NCBI RefSeq assembly: GCF_037042905.1
Contig: NC_087250.1
Span: 6,884,001 to 6,948,000, forward strand
Reading direction: 5' to 3'
Origin: Lytechinus pictus
Lineage: Eukaryota
DNA: 64,000 nt
Below the pieces are notes generated by a model, which saw nothing but the letters and a program-made list of their open reading frames with translations, made no database searches and had not been told where the DNA came from. This document shows, piece by piece, positions 26,075-38,704 of this stretch. How positions within the stretch are numbered: position 1 is the first letter of the stretch; each line of letters opens with the position of its first letter. The translations under genes and the position numbers were made by a program.

Positions 26075-28084
26075 AATGTCGAACTATTATTATTTACAAA
26101 TAATGAAGTATTACTTGGAATTATATATAAATAATTAGAAATGATATTTTATATAATAGTAGTTATTTACAAATAAAATGTAAATTATATATAAATAATA
26201 GTTATTATTTAATAAATAATGATTATATAACAAATAATTGTTCTATATAATATTGGTACATTCGGCGCCTCATAGGTTTAGGCATCAAAATCATATTTCC
26301 CAGACAGATATTGAACAAAATATGTCCTAATCTATTATTTGACCCTTGAAACCATGGTTTAAATATCAGAATCACATCTCACAGGCGGATATAGAATGAG
26401 CTATGTAAATTTTTAAGTAACAACAGTCAATTTTAGACCCAATTTTTGTAAGCCATCTTGCGTTTTTTTAACATACCAGACCACTGATTGTCCTTGTTAC
26501 TTTTCCTAATACATTACTTCACCCTTTAAACTATGGTTTAGACACTGAAGTAATATTCCCCTGACAGATATTGATCAAGCAACATTAGAGATTGTTTTAC
26601 ACCTTTTTTTGGAAGCAATCTTGAAATTTTGGACATACTAGACCACTGACTGTCCGTGTATATGGTGTAGCATGTCCTAATGTATTATTGGTCTTTGAAA
26701 TCATAGTTTAGAACCAAAATCATATCTCACAGAAGATTATAAAATGAGCTATTCCACTTTTAAGTATCAGCACCCATTTTTAGAGTCATTTTTGAATACC
26801 ATATTGGATTTTCGGACATACTTGTCGTTGTAACTTGTCCTAATGTCCTAATATTATTAGACTCTTGAAACCAATGATTTTGACACTAAAATCACATCCC
26901 CCAGGCTAATATGAAATGAGCTACGTCCGCTTTAGGTATCAGCAACCATCTTTGATTCAATTTTTTGAAGCCATCTTGGTTTTTTGGACATTCCAGACCA
27001 CTGGCTATCCCTGTAACTTGGCCTAATGTACTACTCCTTAAAACCAATGAATAGAAACCAAATTAAAGCCACTTTATCAAGTAATGGATGAATTGTGGAT
27101 TTTTAACCTACGGCAGCCATCTTTGATTTTCCTGTTACCCTGGAGTGCTTAAATTCTTTTTAACCTTTCAACCAGTAAGGGTATTTTCGATCGTATATTG
27201 ACAGGCCTACATATCATGTACAATAACCAGTGAATAAATTACACTTCATGTTGAATAGATTCATATGTTACTTTAAAAATTATCAGGGTATTTCAACATT
27301 TTCTTCGTCAAAATCAGTAGTGTAGTTTTGAGGGGGGTGTCTGGAAAACGAAGACCGAAGACCGAAGACCGGGGACTCATATCACACTCGTGTGAAAGCG
27401 TTTGTAGTTCACGCCCGAAGTGTGTACAAAGCAGTGCAAAGTGTGTACAAAACACGTGCGCGGGTTAGAATGGACTTTGGACCTTACCCGACACATGTTC
27501 TCCCATTGACAATGCACGGGTCCCCGGTCTTCGATCTTCGTTTTCCAAACCCGCTGTTGGGTGTCTGGAAAACGAAGACCGAAGACCGGGGATCGCATTC
27601 GTTTAGCTAAGATACCACTTATAAATGTCATTATGAAGGCCTCTATTATTCAGCTCAAATTCAAGAATATTCTGATCTAGAATACATTAATGTCATTAAT
27701 TAGCTGATAATGAAGTCATGTTAATTGCTAATTGTGTCAATAATTAGTATAGTTAGACCAGTTGAAGCGGGATAGGTCTCCCAGTTTTCACCACTATTCC
27801 ACTGAGACAAGTAACAAACTCCAGTAATCAATCAGACCAGTTTCAAATTTCCAGTTAAAGGTTAACTCTAGACCAGTAATTTCAGACCAGTTTAATTCTT
27901 AACTGGTCCAGTAAAGTGAACTCGACCAGTTAGACCAGTATGCCGTTTTTCCATTTTCCAGAATTACATTCTGTGAACTGGTTTTTCCTTAATTCTTAAT
28001 TGGCTGACATTAATTTGCAATTTTACTACCATTGACATAACACATGTCCCCGGTCTTCGGTCTTCGTTTTCCAAACCTGTTGTT

Positions 28085-31000
28085 GGGTGTCTGGAAAACG
28101 AAGACAGAAGACCGGGGATCGCGTCAATTCGTCTAGCTAAGATAGGCCTATAATATTCAGCACCAGTTCAAGAATATTCTGATCTTGGATACGTCATCAG
28201 CTATGATTGGCTGCGGATAAGTTATTGTTATTTGTGTGAATATCGTTATCAGCTAGGGCATGATATTAAGGATAGCGTACATATTTCACCCATGGAATTC
28301 AGCCATTGCAATTCTGAAAACTGTCATAAAACTGAAAACTTGCATACAATACACCTCATTCTGCGCAATCACGTAAAGCAGACTCAACTCAACTGGCGTT
28401 TGCAACTATTTTATACTACCATTGACATTACGCATGTCCCCGGTCTTCGGTCTTCGTTTTCCAAACCTGTTGTTGGGTGTCTGGAAAACGAAGACAGAAG
28501 ACCGGGGATTGCGTATTCGTCTAGCTAAGATAGGCCTATAATATTCAGCACCAGTTCAAGAATATTCTGATCTTGGATACGTCATCAGCTATGATTGGCT
28601 GCGGATAAGTTATTGTTATTTGTGTGAATATCGTTATCAGCTAGGGCATGATATTAAGGATAGCGTACATATTTCACCCATGGAATTCAGCCATTGCAAT
28701 TCTGAAAACTGTCATAAAACTGAAAACTTGCATACAATACACCTCATTCTGCGCAATCACGTAAAGCAGACTCAACTCAACTGGCGTTTGCAACTATTTT
28801 ATACTACCATTGACATTACGCATGTCCCCGGTCTTCGGTCTTCGTTTTCCAAACCTGTTGTTGGGTGTCTGGAAAACGAAGACAGAAGACCGGGGATTGC
28901 GTATTCGTCTAGCTAAGATAGGCCTATAATATTCAGCACCAGTTCAAGAATATTCTGATCTTGGATACGTCATCAGCTATGATTGGCTGTGGATAAGTTA
29001 TGGTTATTTGTGTGAATATCGTTATCAGCTAGGGCATGATATTAAGGATAACGTACATATTTCACCCACGGAATTCAGCCATTGCAATTCTGAAAACTGT
29101 CATAAAACTGAAAACTTGCATACAATACACCCCATACTGCGCAATCACGTACAAGCAGACTCAACTCAACTCGCGTTTGCAATTATTTTACTACCATTGA
29201 CATTATGCATGTCCCCGGTCTTCGGTCTTCGTTTTCCAAACCTGTTGTTGGGTGTCTGGAAAACGAAGACAGAAGACCGGGGATTGCGTATTCGTCTAGC
29301 TAAGATAGGCCTATATAATATTCAGCTCCAGTTTAAGAATATTCTGATCTTGGATACGTCATCAGCTATGATTGGCTGCGGATAAGTTATGGTTATTTGT
29401 GTGAATATCGTTATCAGCTAGGGCATGATATTACTAAGGATAACGTACATATTTCACCCACGGAATTCAGCCATTGCAATTCTGAAAACTGTCATAAAAC
29501 TGAAAACTTGCATACAATACACCTCATACTGCGCAATCACGTAAAGCAGACTCAACTCAACTGGCGTTTGCAACTATTTTATACTACCATTGACATTACG
29601 CATGTCCCCGGTCTTCGGTCTTCGTTTTCCAAACCTGTTGTTGGGTGTCTGGAAAACGAAGACAGAAGACCGGGGATTGCGTATTCGTCTAGCTAAGATA
29701 GGCCTATAATATTCAGCACCAGTTCAAGAATATTCTGATCTTGGATACGTCATCAGCTATGATTGGCTGTGGATAAGTTATGGTTATTTGTGTGAATATC
29801 GTTATCAGCTAGGGCATGATATTAAGGATAACGTACATATTTCACCCACGGAATTCAGCCATTGCAATTCTGAAAACTGTCATAAAACTGAAAACTTGCA
29901 TACAATACACCTCATACTGCGCAATCACGTACAAGCAGACTCAACTCAACTCGCGTTTGCAATTATTTTACTACCATTGACATTATGCATGTCCCCGGTC
30001 TTCGGTCTTCGTTTTCCAAACCTGTTGTTGGGTGTCTGGAAAACGAAGACAGAAGACCGGGGATTGCGTATTCGTCTAGCTAAGATAGGCCTATAATATT
30101 CAGCTCCAGTTTAAGAATATTCTGATCTTGGATACGTCATCAGCTATGATTGGCTGTGGATAAGTTATGGTTATTTGTGTGAATATCGTTATCAGCTAGG
30201 GCATGATATTAAGGATAACGTACATATTTCACCCAAGGAATTCAGCCATTGCAATTCTGAAAACTGTCATAAAACTGAAAACTTGCATACAATACACCCC
30301 ATACTGCGCAATCACGTACAAGCAGACTCAACTCAACTGGCGTTTGCAATTATTTTACTACCATTGACATTATGCATGTCCCCGGTCTTCGGTCTTCGTT
30401 TTCCAAACCTGTTGTTGGGTGTCTGGAAAACGAAGACAGAAGACCGGGGATTGCGTATTCGTCTAGCTAAGATAGGCCTATAATATTCAGCTCCAGTTTA
30501 AGAATATTCTGATCTTGGATACGTCATCAGCTATGATTGGCTGCGGATAAGTTATGGTTATTTGTGTGATTATCGTTATCAGCTAGGGCATGATATTAAG
30601 GATAACGTACATATTTCACCCACGGAATTCAGCCATTGCAATTCTGAAAACTGTCATAAAACTGAAAACCTGCATACAATACACCTCATACTGCGCAATC
30701 ACGTACAAGCAGACTCAACTCAACTGGCGTTTGCAATTATTTTACTACCATTGACATTATGCATGTCCCCGGTCTTCGGTCTTCGTTTTCCAAACCTGTT
30801 GTTGGGTGTCTGGAAAACGAAGACAGAAGACCGGGGATTGCGTATTCGTCTAGCTAAGATAGGCCTATAATATTCAGCTCCAGTTTAAGAATATTCTGAT
30901 CTTGGATACGTCATCAGCTATGATTGGCTGCGGATAAGTTATGGTTATTTGTGTGAATATCGTTATCAGCTAGGGCATGATTAATAAGGATAGACAATTA

Positions 31001-34000
31001 TAATGTACATATTTCACCCACGGATTTCAGCCATTGCAATTCTGAAAACTGTCATAAAACTGAAAACTTGCATACAATACACCCCATACTGTGCAATCAC
31101 GTACAAGCAGACTCAACTCAACTGGCGTTTGCAACTATTTTACTACCATTGACATTACGCATGTCCCCGGTCTTCGGTCTTCGTTTTCCAAACCTGTTGT
31201 TGGTGTCTGGAAAACGAAGACAGAAGACCGGGGATTGCGTATTCGTCTAGCTAAGATAGGCCTATAATATTCAGCACCAGTACAAGGATATTCCGATCTT
31301 GGATACGTCATCAGCTATGATTGGCTGCGGATAAGTTATGGTTATTTGTGTGAATATCGTTATCAGCTAGGGCATGATTAATAAGGATAGACAATTATAA
31401 TGTACATATTTCACCCACGGAATTCAGCCATTGCAATTCTGAAAACTGTCATAAAACTGAAAACTTGCATACAATACACCCCATACTGCGCAATCACGTA
31501 CAAGCAGACTCAACTCAACTCGCGTTTGCAATTATTTTACTACCATTGACATTATGCATGTCCCCGGTCTTCGGTCTTCGTTTTCCAAACCTGTTGTTGG
31601 GTGTCTGGAAAACGAAGACAGAAGACCGGGGATTGCGTATTCGTCTAGCTAAGATAGGCCTATATAATATTCAGCTCCAGTTTAAGAATATTCTGATCTT
31701 GGATACGTCATCAGCTATGATTGGCTGCGGATAAGTTATGGTTATTTGTGTGAATATCGTTATCAGCTAGGGCATGATATTACTAAGGATAACGTACATA
31801 TTTCACCCACGGAATTCAGCCATTGCAATTCTGAAAACTGTCATAAAACTGAAAACTTGCATACAATACACCTCATACTGCGCAATCACGTAAAGCAGAC
31901 TCAACTCAACTGGCGTTTGCAACTATTTTATACTACCATTGACATTACGCATGTCCCCGGTCTTCGGTCTTCGTTTTCCAAACCTGTTGTTGGGTGTCTG
32001 GAAAACGAAGACAGAAGACCGGGGATTGCGTATTCGTCTAGCTAAGATAGGCCTATAATATTCAGCACCAGTTCAAGAATATTCTGATCTTGGATACGTC
32101 ATCAGCTATGATTGGCTGTGGATAAGTTATGGTTATTTGTGTGAATATCGTTATCAGCTAGGGCATGATATTAAGGATAACGTACATATTTCACCCACGG
32201 AATTCAGCCATTGCAATTCTGAAAACTGTCATAAAACTGAAAACTTGCATACAATACACCCCATACTGTGCAATCACGTACAAGCAGACTCAACTCAACT
32301 CGCGTTTGCAATTATTTTACTACCATTGACATTATGCATGTCCCCGGTCTTCGGTCTTCGTTTTCCAAACCTGTTGTTGGGTGTCTGGAAAACGAAGACA
32401 GAAGACCGGGGATTGCGTATTCGTCTAGCTAAGATAGGCCTATAATATTCAGCTCCAGTTTAAGAATATTCTGATCTTGGATACGTCATCAGCTATGATT
32501 GGCTGTGGATAAGTTATGGTTATTTGTGTGAATATCGTTATCAGCTAGGGCATGATATTAAGGATAACGTACATATTTCACCCAAGGAATTCAGCCATTG
32601 CAATTCTGAAAACTGTCATAAAACTGAAAACTTGCATACAATACACCCCATACTGCGCAATCACGTACAAGCAGACTCAACTCAACTGGCGTTTGCAATT
32701 ATTTTACTACCATTGACATTATGCATGTCCCCGGTCTTCGGTCTTCGTTTTCCAAACCTGTTGTTGGGTGTCTGGAAAACGAAGACAGAAGACCGGGGAT
32801 TGCGTATTCGTCTAGCTAAGATAGGCCTATAATATTCAGCTCCAGTTTAAGAATATTCTGATCTTGGATACGTCATCAGCTATGATTGGCTGCGGATAAG
32901 TTATGGTTATTTGTGTGATTATCGTTATCAGCTAGGGCATGATATTAAGGATAACGTACATATTTCACCCACGGAATTCAGCCATTGCAATTCTGAAAAC
33001 TGTCATAAAACTGAAAACCTGCATACAATACACCTCATACTGCGCAATCACGTACAAGCAGACTCAACTCAACTGGCGTTTGCAATTATTTTACTACCAT
33101 TGACATTATGCATGTCCCCGGTCTTCGGTCTTCGTTTTCCAAACCTGTTGTTGGGTGTCTGGAAAACGAAGACAGAAGACCGGGGATTGCGTATTCGTCT
33201 AGCTAAGATAGGCCTATAATATTCAGCTCCAGTTTAAGAATATTCTGATCTTGGATACGTCATCAGCTATGATTGGCTGCGGATAAGTTATGGTTATTTG
33301 TGTGAATATCGTTATCAGCTAGGGCATGATTAATAAGGATAGACAATTATAATGTACATATTTCACCCACGGATTTCAGCCATTGCAATTCTGAAAACTG
33401 TCATAAAACTGAAAACTTGCATACAATACACCCCATACTGTGCAATCACGTACAAGCAGACTCAACTCAACTGGCGTTTGCAACTATTTTACTACCATTG
33501 ACATTACGCATGTCCCCGGTCTTCGGTCTTCGTTTTCCAAACCTGTTGTTGGGTGTCTGGAAAACGAAGACAGAAGACCGGGGATTGCGTATTCGTCTAG
33601 CTAAGATAGGCCTATAATATTCAGCACCAGTACAAGGATATTCCGATCTTGGATACGTCATCAGCTATGATTGGCTGCGGATAAGTTATGGTTATTTGTG
33701 TGAATATCGTTATTAGCTAGGGCATGATTAATAAGGATAGACAATTATAATGTACATATTTCACCCACGGAATTCAGCCATTGCAATTCTGAAAACTGTC
33801 ATTAAATCTGAAAACTTGCATACAATACACCCCATACTGTGCAATCACGTACAAGCAGACTCAACTCAACTGGCGTTTGCAACTATTTTACTACCATTGA
33901 CATTACGCATGTCCCCGGTCTTCGTTTTCCAAACCTGTTGTTGGGTGTCTGGAAAACGAAGACAGAAGACCGGGGATTGCGTATTCGTCTAGCTAAGATA

Positions 34001-34103
34001 GGCCTATAATATTCAGCACCAGTTCAAGAATATTCTGATCTTGGATACGTCATCAGCTATGATTGGCTGCCGAAAAGTTATGGTTATTTGTGTGAATATC
34101 GTT
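28085..34103 (+). repeat. ~388-bp tandem satellite, 15 full units plus a partial, with a 2349-bp 6-unit higher-order duplication
   Basis: Recurrent pseudo-ORF starts at 28232, 28620, 29008, 29397, 29788, 30175, 30562... Pairs 29397/31746, 29788/32137, 30175/32524 and 30562/32911 are all offset by 2349. Confidence 0.95.
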
Positions 34104-34259
34104 CACATCCAAGATGACGAGATACGATATCTCGCCAAGTCGACTTATAAAAGGTCATATATGTCGACATGGCGAGATAACGTATCTCGCCATGTCGACA
34201 TTATGTCGACATGGCATAATTAAGTTTCTCGCCAAGTCGATGGCAATTAAAACATGTAA

Positions 34260-34840
34260 AATGGATGGTCCTCGCTGAAAATATTTATACCTTAATACAT
34301 AGAGAAGAATTCACTGAGCAATGTGCCGAAAATTTCATCAATCGTATAACAAGTAAACAGTTATTGAAGTTTAAAGTTTAGCAATATATTGTTAAAACAG
34401 TCGTCGTGAATATTCATTAGGTGGGCTGATGATGTCACATCTCCACTCTCCGTTTCCCTATGTTATTTTATATAATCATAATTTTTACATTATTTCATAT
34501 TTGTGCTAATAATATGTCTCCCTTATAATGAAATAAGTTGCAGCAAATAAATATTTAATGCACTAAATCAGTTGCCAATCCAATTTTTCTACATTTTTGT
34601 TCTTGGATGAAAACATTTGAATAAACCTAATTTCATATAATAAAATACAAAAGAACAAGTGGAGATGTGACATCATCAGCCAACCTAATGAATATTTATG
34701 ACGACTGTATTCACAAAATATTGCTAAATTTTAAAATTCAATAACTTTGTTATCCGATTTTGATGAAATTTTCGGTATTTTGCTCAGTGAATTTTACTCT
34801 ATTCATTAAGCTATACATGCTTTCAGCCCGGACCATCCCT
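34260..34840. mobile_element. Kolobok-like MITE
   Basis: ggatggtcctcgctgaaa / tttcagcccggaccatccct followed by TTAA; internal inverted gctgatgatgtcacatctccac / gtggagatgtgacatcatcagc. Confidence 0.6.
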
Positions 34841-35510
34841 TTAAAGGCTCCGTATAAAATAAACCTAATTGTAATAGAAAGCAATGTCATCGACCTAAGA
34901 CAGGTGGCAAGCGTGCCTTTGTAGAATGCTGTTGCCGGTATGCGATGTTTTCTATACGGTCGGCGCACATGAAACACAAGTGCGTCGCTTGTATACTACT
35001 TTGCGGTTAAACCCGAGACGTTCCCACGCGTACATTTCGAGAGCAACAATTCAGTACGCGTTTGGAAGAAAATTACCCTGTTTGCACGTGCATCGGCTTT
35101 TGGTTCAGAACCAAAAGCCGATGAAGAATTGGCTTTTGGTCTATCTTGCACCGCAGAATCGGCTTACGTACCTCTTTGGGAATCGACGGGCGGACGACAT
35201 TTGGATCTCTTAGTCTCGCCTTCACCTCTTGCGGGCGAGACAAACAATGAGAAAGAGAAGGAAGAAAGGAGAAAGGAAAAGGGCCAATAATTGGAATGAT
35301 CAAACAAATCTAATCATCCTGAAATTGGGCCTACTAATAAACAAGTGAGAAAGGGGTTAGAAATAAAGAGATGGCAAAGTGGAACGGAAATTTTAGGCGG
35401 GAAAGGGAAGGAAGAGAGGCCAAAATAAACGGGATGCGAAAATGCTAACATGAAATCGGAATAGAAAACAGAAAAAACAAGAGGGGAAAAGAAAGAAATT
35501 AAGAACACAA

Positions 35511-36820
35511 CAGCTAGTGGCGTAGCTACGGGGGGGGGGCTGGGATTTGGTGTGCCCCCATCAGGTGCCCCGCCTGGAAAAAAATTGGTAGAGCAGAAAA
35601 AAAGGGAGAAAGAAGAAAAGAAAAAGAAGAAGAAAGACAGAAGAAAAAAGAAGAAGAAAGACAGAAGAAAAAAGAAGAAGAAAATAAGAGGAGGGAGACG
35701 AATGAATGAAATAATGTGAGGGGAAGACTTGCCAAAAAAGAAACAATTCTTTCATGTTACTATAAAAAATCTTTGCTTGCGCTTCGCGCCAGAATTGACT
35801 GTTCGATGAGATTCATATCTTGCTCAATAGGCTGATATGGAGCAAGTTTTGAAGTCATTATACAAAACATAATTAGCTCGGACATCGAGCTTTCAATATT
35901 TTTTTCATTTACAAATTTAAGTGCTCTGTAAAATGTCCGTTTTATTGTCCACATATCAGCATTTTTTTTTAAAGCTCACGCTGCGTGGTCACATTGTTTG
36001 ATTTGCCAAGTTCCTATTGTCTACATGTATTCCATAATGTTCCATTAAAGAAATATATTCAGAATGCCCAGATTCTAGGTCTAAATCTAAAACATGCGCG
36101 ATAGCATGCATGTTCTTTATTTAAAATCTACTTGAATTATCCAGTTTCACATCAGAATATAAATAATTGTCTGCTCGCGCTTTACGATAGCATAATTAAT
36201 GATACCCAATTAACTATATCCTATTTATGATTTACAAAATATGAATAGTGTCCCGCTTTTAGGTCTAAAATCTCAATTTTTTTCCTCTCGCGCTTCGCGC
36301 TCGCATCCATTGTTTCGTTACATACCTATCCCATTTATTGATACAAAAAGTGCTTAGAATTACCATTCTTTTAGGTCGGAATGTCAAAAAAATTGCATTA
36401 TTGAAATATTTACCATCTTCGTGGGTACCTATATAAGTGCACTTAACAGGTCCCTTTTCGATAATGCTAGAACAGTTAATAAAAATTTCTGCTCGCGCTT
36501 GGCGTTCGCAGTAACCATCTAGTTACTTACGAATCTTGATCGGGATCACACATAACATTGCCCAGAATATTACATGAAAGTAACAAATAAAAAAAATCGC
36601 TCGCGCTTCGCGCTCGCACTTTTTATAATGCTTATGAGATTATTTCATGTTTATGCTGTTTTATAAGAATATAACGAAGAAGTGACTGATCGGGAAAAAT
36701 ATAGGTGAAGATAATTTCGGGCCCTTGTGACAAGTACACACCGGATAAAAATGGTGCCCCCCTGACTCAAAGCAAGGACCCCCAGTGCCCCCCAGGAAAA
36801 AAATCCTAGCTACGCCACTG
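35511..36820. mobile_element. Non-autonomous hAT-like element
   Basis: TIR core gtggcgtagcta / tagctacgccactg and 8-bp TSD gaacacaa (35503-10, 36821-28). Interior gctcgcgcttcgcgctcgc units are homologous to 3825-7349. Confidence 0.8.
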
Positions 36821-37029
36821 GAACACAACCGGGATACCGAGGTTGAAAATAAAGAACGGTAAGAAAGACTCGGCTGGTGTGTGGGTATGACGTGTATATA
36901 ATAGCCTATTTTGATTTCACGCAACTAGCCGCAATCATAAGGGGACACAAATTAGTGAACTTCAAGATATCGCCCAACCACTGCCGATGATCCTATCCAG
37001 GGGACAGACCGCTCTTCACACCATGATAT

Positions 37030-38505
37030 GAAGCGGCGTAACAGGGGTCGGTGGCCAGGGGCGGGGGGGGGGCGGGCAAGAGCCAAATATTTCCTGGTCA
37101 CATTATATGGTATAAACAGGCGTAATGAGCCGACACTATTTTGAGAAGGCCAGATATTGTGCATCGGACAGAATTTATCTTTAAAAAAATGCGAGCGAGC
37201 AAAATTTTTGACCTTTTTAATACAAAAATACAATTTTGTGATAGATTTTGACATGATGTCCAGAGAATGATATTTCACTCTTCTCTCTTTGGATTCCTTT
37301 TTTGTCGTCTGTACGCGCACTGTGAACAGGATTCTTTGCGGCTGTAACGTGAAGAGTAAAAAAAAAAAAAAAAACAGGGGTGGAGTATACCACATGTGCT
37401 AAAGAAAGCTGTTTTATATCAGTCCCGAGCGAAGCGAGCGAGAAAAAAATCACCTTTTCATGAGAATCTAACTTTGAGCTATTTTTTGACATTATATTCA
37501 GTAAATAAAATCATATCCTACACTTTTCCTCTGCTTTTTTTGCGTTTTTGTTTGTACAACTTTTTGGGCCCATGGCCCAACACTTCCATACGCAGTGATG
37601 TGCGGTTGGGGTCCGGGGCGGAGCCCCCTGAAAACTTCTTGATATCAAAGCCATTTAAACCTCGCAGATTGCCGCTATTTTAATCAAATCGCATTCTACA
37701 TAGACTATAGCTTTTACACAACACATTTATTCAACCCAGTTGCGTAACGAACCAAATATTTATAGGGCAAAGCATACCAACGTGGGAAAAAAATTGTAAA
37801 AAGTCGCTAGCGTGCAAAGTGAGCTGGAAAAAAATTGCCTATTGAAATTAAATTCTAATTATGTGATATATTTTCCATTATATTCAGCAAATAACACATT
37901 TCATTGTCCATTCATTTCATTATACTTTGTCTCCTATAATTTCTTTTTTTCCCTCTTGGGTGTGGAACACCCCCCCCCCCCCTAGCAAAATCTAGCAAGC
38001 TTATAACACAATGTTGTATGCAGACCATCTTTCTTCCCGCTCTTTTCAATCATCGGCAGCCCGGTCGTGTTATTATTTTTTTCTTGTCCTTTTTCCCTTG
38101 TATTTTTTTCCAATTTAGCTTTTGATTAATTACGTTCTACCTTCGTTTCCCGCTCTTCATACCATTTTGTTATCTTTTAAATTATTTCCCACCGTGCTAT
38201 TGCATTACATAGGCCTATTTCGGAATGATGTGTTCTTTCTCAAATGTTCTTCTTTCGTATATTTTCCCGCTTTCCTTTCTTTTCCATTCAAAAAAAAAGT
38301 TTTTTTCTTCGTTTTCTTTTTAATTTTCCCTTTCCTTTTCCTCCTTTCCTTTTCCCATTTCCTTCCCCATTTCCCTTTCTTTCTTTCTCCCTCCCTTTTT
38401 TCTTTTTCCCGTTTTTCTTAATTACGCCACTGATGATAATGACCGGGAATTTTCTGGCTCTCGTCCCCCCCCCCTCCCCTGGCCACCGAGCGCTGCTACG
38501 TCCCT
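37030..38505. mobile_element. Degenerate TIR element, hAT-like
   Basis: tcggtggccagggg...agagcca...ggtca inverted against tgacc...tggctct...cccctggccaccga; TSD not resolved. Confidence 0.5.
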
Positions 38506-38704
38506 GATTCTATGTAAGCATCTATTAATTGCATGCATTTTTTCAGTTTGAAAATTTGTTTTCTTTAAAAACGATATGACAATTTCATGAAATATTGTAT
38601 CCACGTATATCGGTTGTTTTAAGGTCTGTTTATCAGCCAGCATGAAGAAAACGAAGTACAATTGCACGGAAACGTGTCCATAGCACGCTATATGTGGTAA
38701 TTAG

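Larger units (their letters stand above)
22155..26274. mobile_element. 4.1-kb palindromic non-autonomous DNA transposon, IS3EU-like termini and TSD
   Basis: tatgaggcgccgaatg / cattcggcgcctcata with 6-bp TSD ggttta (22149-54, 26275-80). Arms are near-identical reverse complements for ~1.7 kb. No credible ORF. Confidence 0.8.
13255..27250. repeat. Old foldback-like element of ~170-180 bp degenerate units (caagatggcttcc motif), interrupted by three younger insertions
   Basis: Forward units at 13300-13380/19916-19955 and 20810-21600; reverse units at 21640-22150 and 26280-27130. Boundaries approximate. Confidence 0.55.

Noticed and set aside
22155..26274. Polinton/Maverick (6-bp TSD) or pure assembly artefact
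   Set aside because: No AG...CT termini or coding content. The TSD, arm indel and asymmetric centre argue against an artefact, though only reads can exclude it.
28232..33992. Tandem small-protein gene family (MCEYRYQLGHD...)
   Set aside because: Non-ATG starts, indels between units that shift frame freely, and ORFs that run through the DNA hairpin; a by-product of the satellite.
27335..34103. CRISPR-like array (constant hairpin repeats separated by spacers)
   Set aside because: Spacers are 150-450 bp and mostly near-identical, there are no cas genes, and the context is eukaryotic and TSD-bounded.
35314..38507. Phe/Leu/Lys-rich ORFs resembling membrane or basic proteins
   Set aside because: They arise from purine/pyrimidine low-complexity tracts inside hAT-like elements.
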